Shown: piece after piece, positions 61,681 through 64,000 of the stretch
Position numbering within the stretch: position 1 is the first letter of the stretch
Layout: every line of letters begins with the position of its first letter
NCBI RefSeq assembly: GCF_964213995.1
Contig: NW_027590150.1
Coordinates: 372,001 to 436,000 of the forward strand
Direction of reading: 5' to 3'
Source of the DNA: Mustelus asterias
Lineage: Eukaryota
DNA: 64,000 nucleotides
Notes under the pieces: model-generated
What the model was told of the DNA's origin: nothing
Database searches by the model: none
The model's input: the letters and a program-made list of their open reading frames with translations, nothing else
Position numbers and translations under genes: made by a program

Positions 61681-63062
61681 AGATTTAGTACAGAAGTTCA
61701 AAGTTATGAATGGGAATGTTTTACTCATTAGGAAGAAACTGTTACCCACTGGAAAGAGGCCAATACACAGAAGGAGCTGCTTTATACAAGACCATACTGC
61801 TATTTGTGCTGTACTGGACCCAGTCTTTAATTGAATGACAGTAGACCCTGTCTCTCTTCACGTTACATTCGGTCATTTCTCTCGTTTTGCTACACTAGGC
61901 CATCTCTCTATTTATGCTAGATTTGGTCCTGTCAATTATTACTAGAATAGACCACGGATCTGATTATATTACATCAGATCCCATCTCTTTTTATATTAAA
62001 CAGGATTTGTCTCTTTACATTACATCAGAACCTGTCTCTGTTAATCCAACATACGACCATGAATATGTTGCCTGTCGAGATATGATCAATCACGATATAA
62101 TATGGGTTTGCCTGTCCGGTACCAATCATTCTTGTTTCGAAGAGTCGGTTTATTTTTTTGCTAATATATATAAATAGCTGTGAGAAACGTCTAATTGCTC
62201 TGCTATCATGTGGGTAATATTTAGCGTGAACGTCATAACAATTTCTCAGTGATTAACCGGCATTGGGGACAAGTCAATATCTGAACAATCGTTCGGTGCT
62301 CGTTGCAATAACTTCAAGCAACCTCTGTTGTGATACATTTTATTAGTTGAATATTGTGTTGCACTGAGTCAATATGCCACAGAGTTTAGCGATAAAAATT
62401 GTTCGCCTATCTTATTTTATTTATACCATTCAACTGATATACTGACAGTGAGAGACAGAATTGTGTCCTCACAATATCGCCAGATGGGCTCCCACAGGCT
62501 AAATATCTGTCCATTCATTATTTGCTCATCTGTTTCAGAGAGAAACAAACCGAAATGGCCACAGAACAAGTGTTGACTGGTACGTTATGTTTGAATAGAA
62601 TTAAAAACATATATTTTCTGCAATTCGTATTGTTATCTTCAAAATTATTTTTCAGTTTGGGATGTGTTCATCTGTCGAGGCCCTAAGCTCTGTTATTCCC
62701 TCCCTAAATCTCGTTACTTCATATTCCTCGTCTAAATCAATCCATAAAACTATCACTTTTATTGGCCATCCTGTCAGTAACCTGATTAAATATCTCGTTG
62801 CTCATCAGGAAGATATTGCCGATGCATGGGTCTGAAAAAAAATGCTGAAACACTGAGCAGATCATTCATCATAAATGGAGTGGTATTAATGTGCATCTCT
62901 CTCTCTCTCTCCTTGTGTGTCTCTCTCTCTCCTTGTGTGTCTCTCTCTCCTTCCCTCTCTGTCACCCACATTTGGCGCAGTCATGTACAGTAATGCACTA
63001 GGCCATGCCTATTTATATGCTGCATGTGAGCATTTGCAATAGATCTTGGTGTCTGTTTACAT

Positions 63063-63394
63063 TAGAATCATAGAAACCCTACAGTGCAGAAAGAGGCCAT
63101 TTGGCCCAGCGAGGCTGCACCGACCACAATCCCACCCAGGCCTTACCCCCATAATTACCCGCTAATCCCTCTAACCTCCGCATCTCAGGACATTAAGGGG
63201 CAATTTTAGCATGGCCAATCAATCTAACCCGCACATCTTTGGACTGTGGGAGGAAACCGGAGCACCCGGAGGAAACCCATGCAGACACGAGGAGAATGTG
63301 CAAACTCCACACAGACAGTAACCCAAGCCGGCAATCGAACCCAGATCCCTGGAGCTGTGAAGCAGCAGTGCTAACCACTGTGCTACCGTGCCGC
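63063..63394 (-). mobile_element. HE1-like SINE, well preserved
   Basis: A and B boxes, core and (TTCTATGA) tail. Confidence 0.85.
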
Positions 63395-63493
63395 ACTAAA
63401 ATGACATCCGATCTATTCTCTCCACTGATCAAAGCTCTCTGCTTCGTCTCCCAGTCTCTTCCGTGCAGCTTCTATGAGCTAGATTTTGTTTTC

Positions 63494-63566
63494 AGATTCC
63501 AGTGAGAATTGAACTCGCGACCCCTGGTTTACAAAGCCAGTGCTTAAACCACTGAGCCATGGAGCC
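63494..63566 (-). pseudogene. tRNA-Thr(TGT) pseudogene
   Basis: GGCTCCATGGCTCAGTGGTTTAAGCACTGGCTTTGTAAACCAGGGGTCGCGAGTTCAATTCTCACTGGAATCT; 73 nt matching vertebrate tRNA-Thr(UGU), but with a C-A mismatch in each of the four stems and no T-run terminator. Confidence 0.85.
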
Positions 63567-64000
63567 AAATGCTGCTATTACTTTACTTTACATAATATGC
63601 CGCTTCATTTATTATTACATCACGACAATGCTACAAGTCATTATTTCTGAGTTTTTGTTCAGTCAAGAGGCCATTTCTGTTACACTCGGCTCCATCTCAG
63701 ATATTATTGCGCTAGGCTCTATGTCGTGCACTACTGAACCATCCGTGCCTCACCTTGTCTTATATATAAAGCAGACACTGTCTCAGCAATTGGTTTTCTA
63801 TAAAATGCGTCTGACAGATGGAAAGAAAGAAGGGGCGAGCGAGAAAAGATGGATATTAGCTTAAAAAACGTAATATATTTCGGTCGATGAAAGGGGTTCG
63901 AAGAATGCGTTTCGTCTTGTTAATAACTATTAGGTGTTGCGTGTAATATTTAATTGCTCTCGTATTGTCTGCAATATTTTGTTGAAAGTTTGGGATGCAA

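Overview
Eukaryotic genomic DNA from a cartilaginous fish (shark-like). The core is one complete, unrearranged, apparently intact IgM heavy-chain cluster on the minus strand: leader (24803-24758), VH (24625-24321), D1, D2, JH, an ~11 kb J-C intron, Cmu1-Cmu4 with secretory tailpiece, and TM1/TM2 exons (ending at 4773). The RSS layout is the shark V23/12-D1-22/12-D2-12/23-J type. Upstream, a ~15 kb block occurs twice in tandem (about 24.3-39.1 kb and 39.1-53.2 kb); the second copy begins with a decayed, RSS-less VH pseudogene and has no D/J/C. The rest is dense repeat: CR1-, L2-, Rex-Babar- and Tx1-like LINE fragments, two tRNA-derived SINE types, micro/minisatellites, a tRNA-Thr(TGT) pseudogene, a C2H2 zinc-finger remnant and a 158-N gap. 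The most notable observations are: (1) a sense-strand G-rich 20-bp tandem array about 1 kb upstream of Cmu1, at the position of a tetrapod switch region; (2) several short Penelope-like insertions with 13-16 bp target-site duplications that carry minimal hammerhead ribozyme motifs; (3) the orphan VH duplication; (4) CTCF-like motifs bracketing the cluster. Exon, RSS and TSD coordinates were read base by base. Repeat boundaries are approximate and repeat family names come from motif recognition, not database searches.
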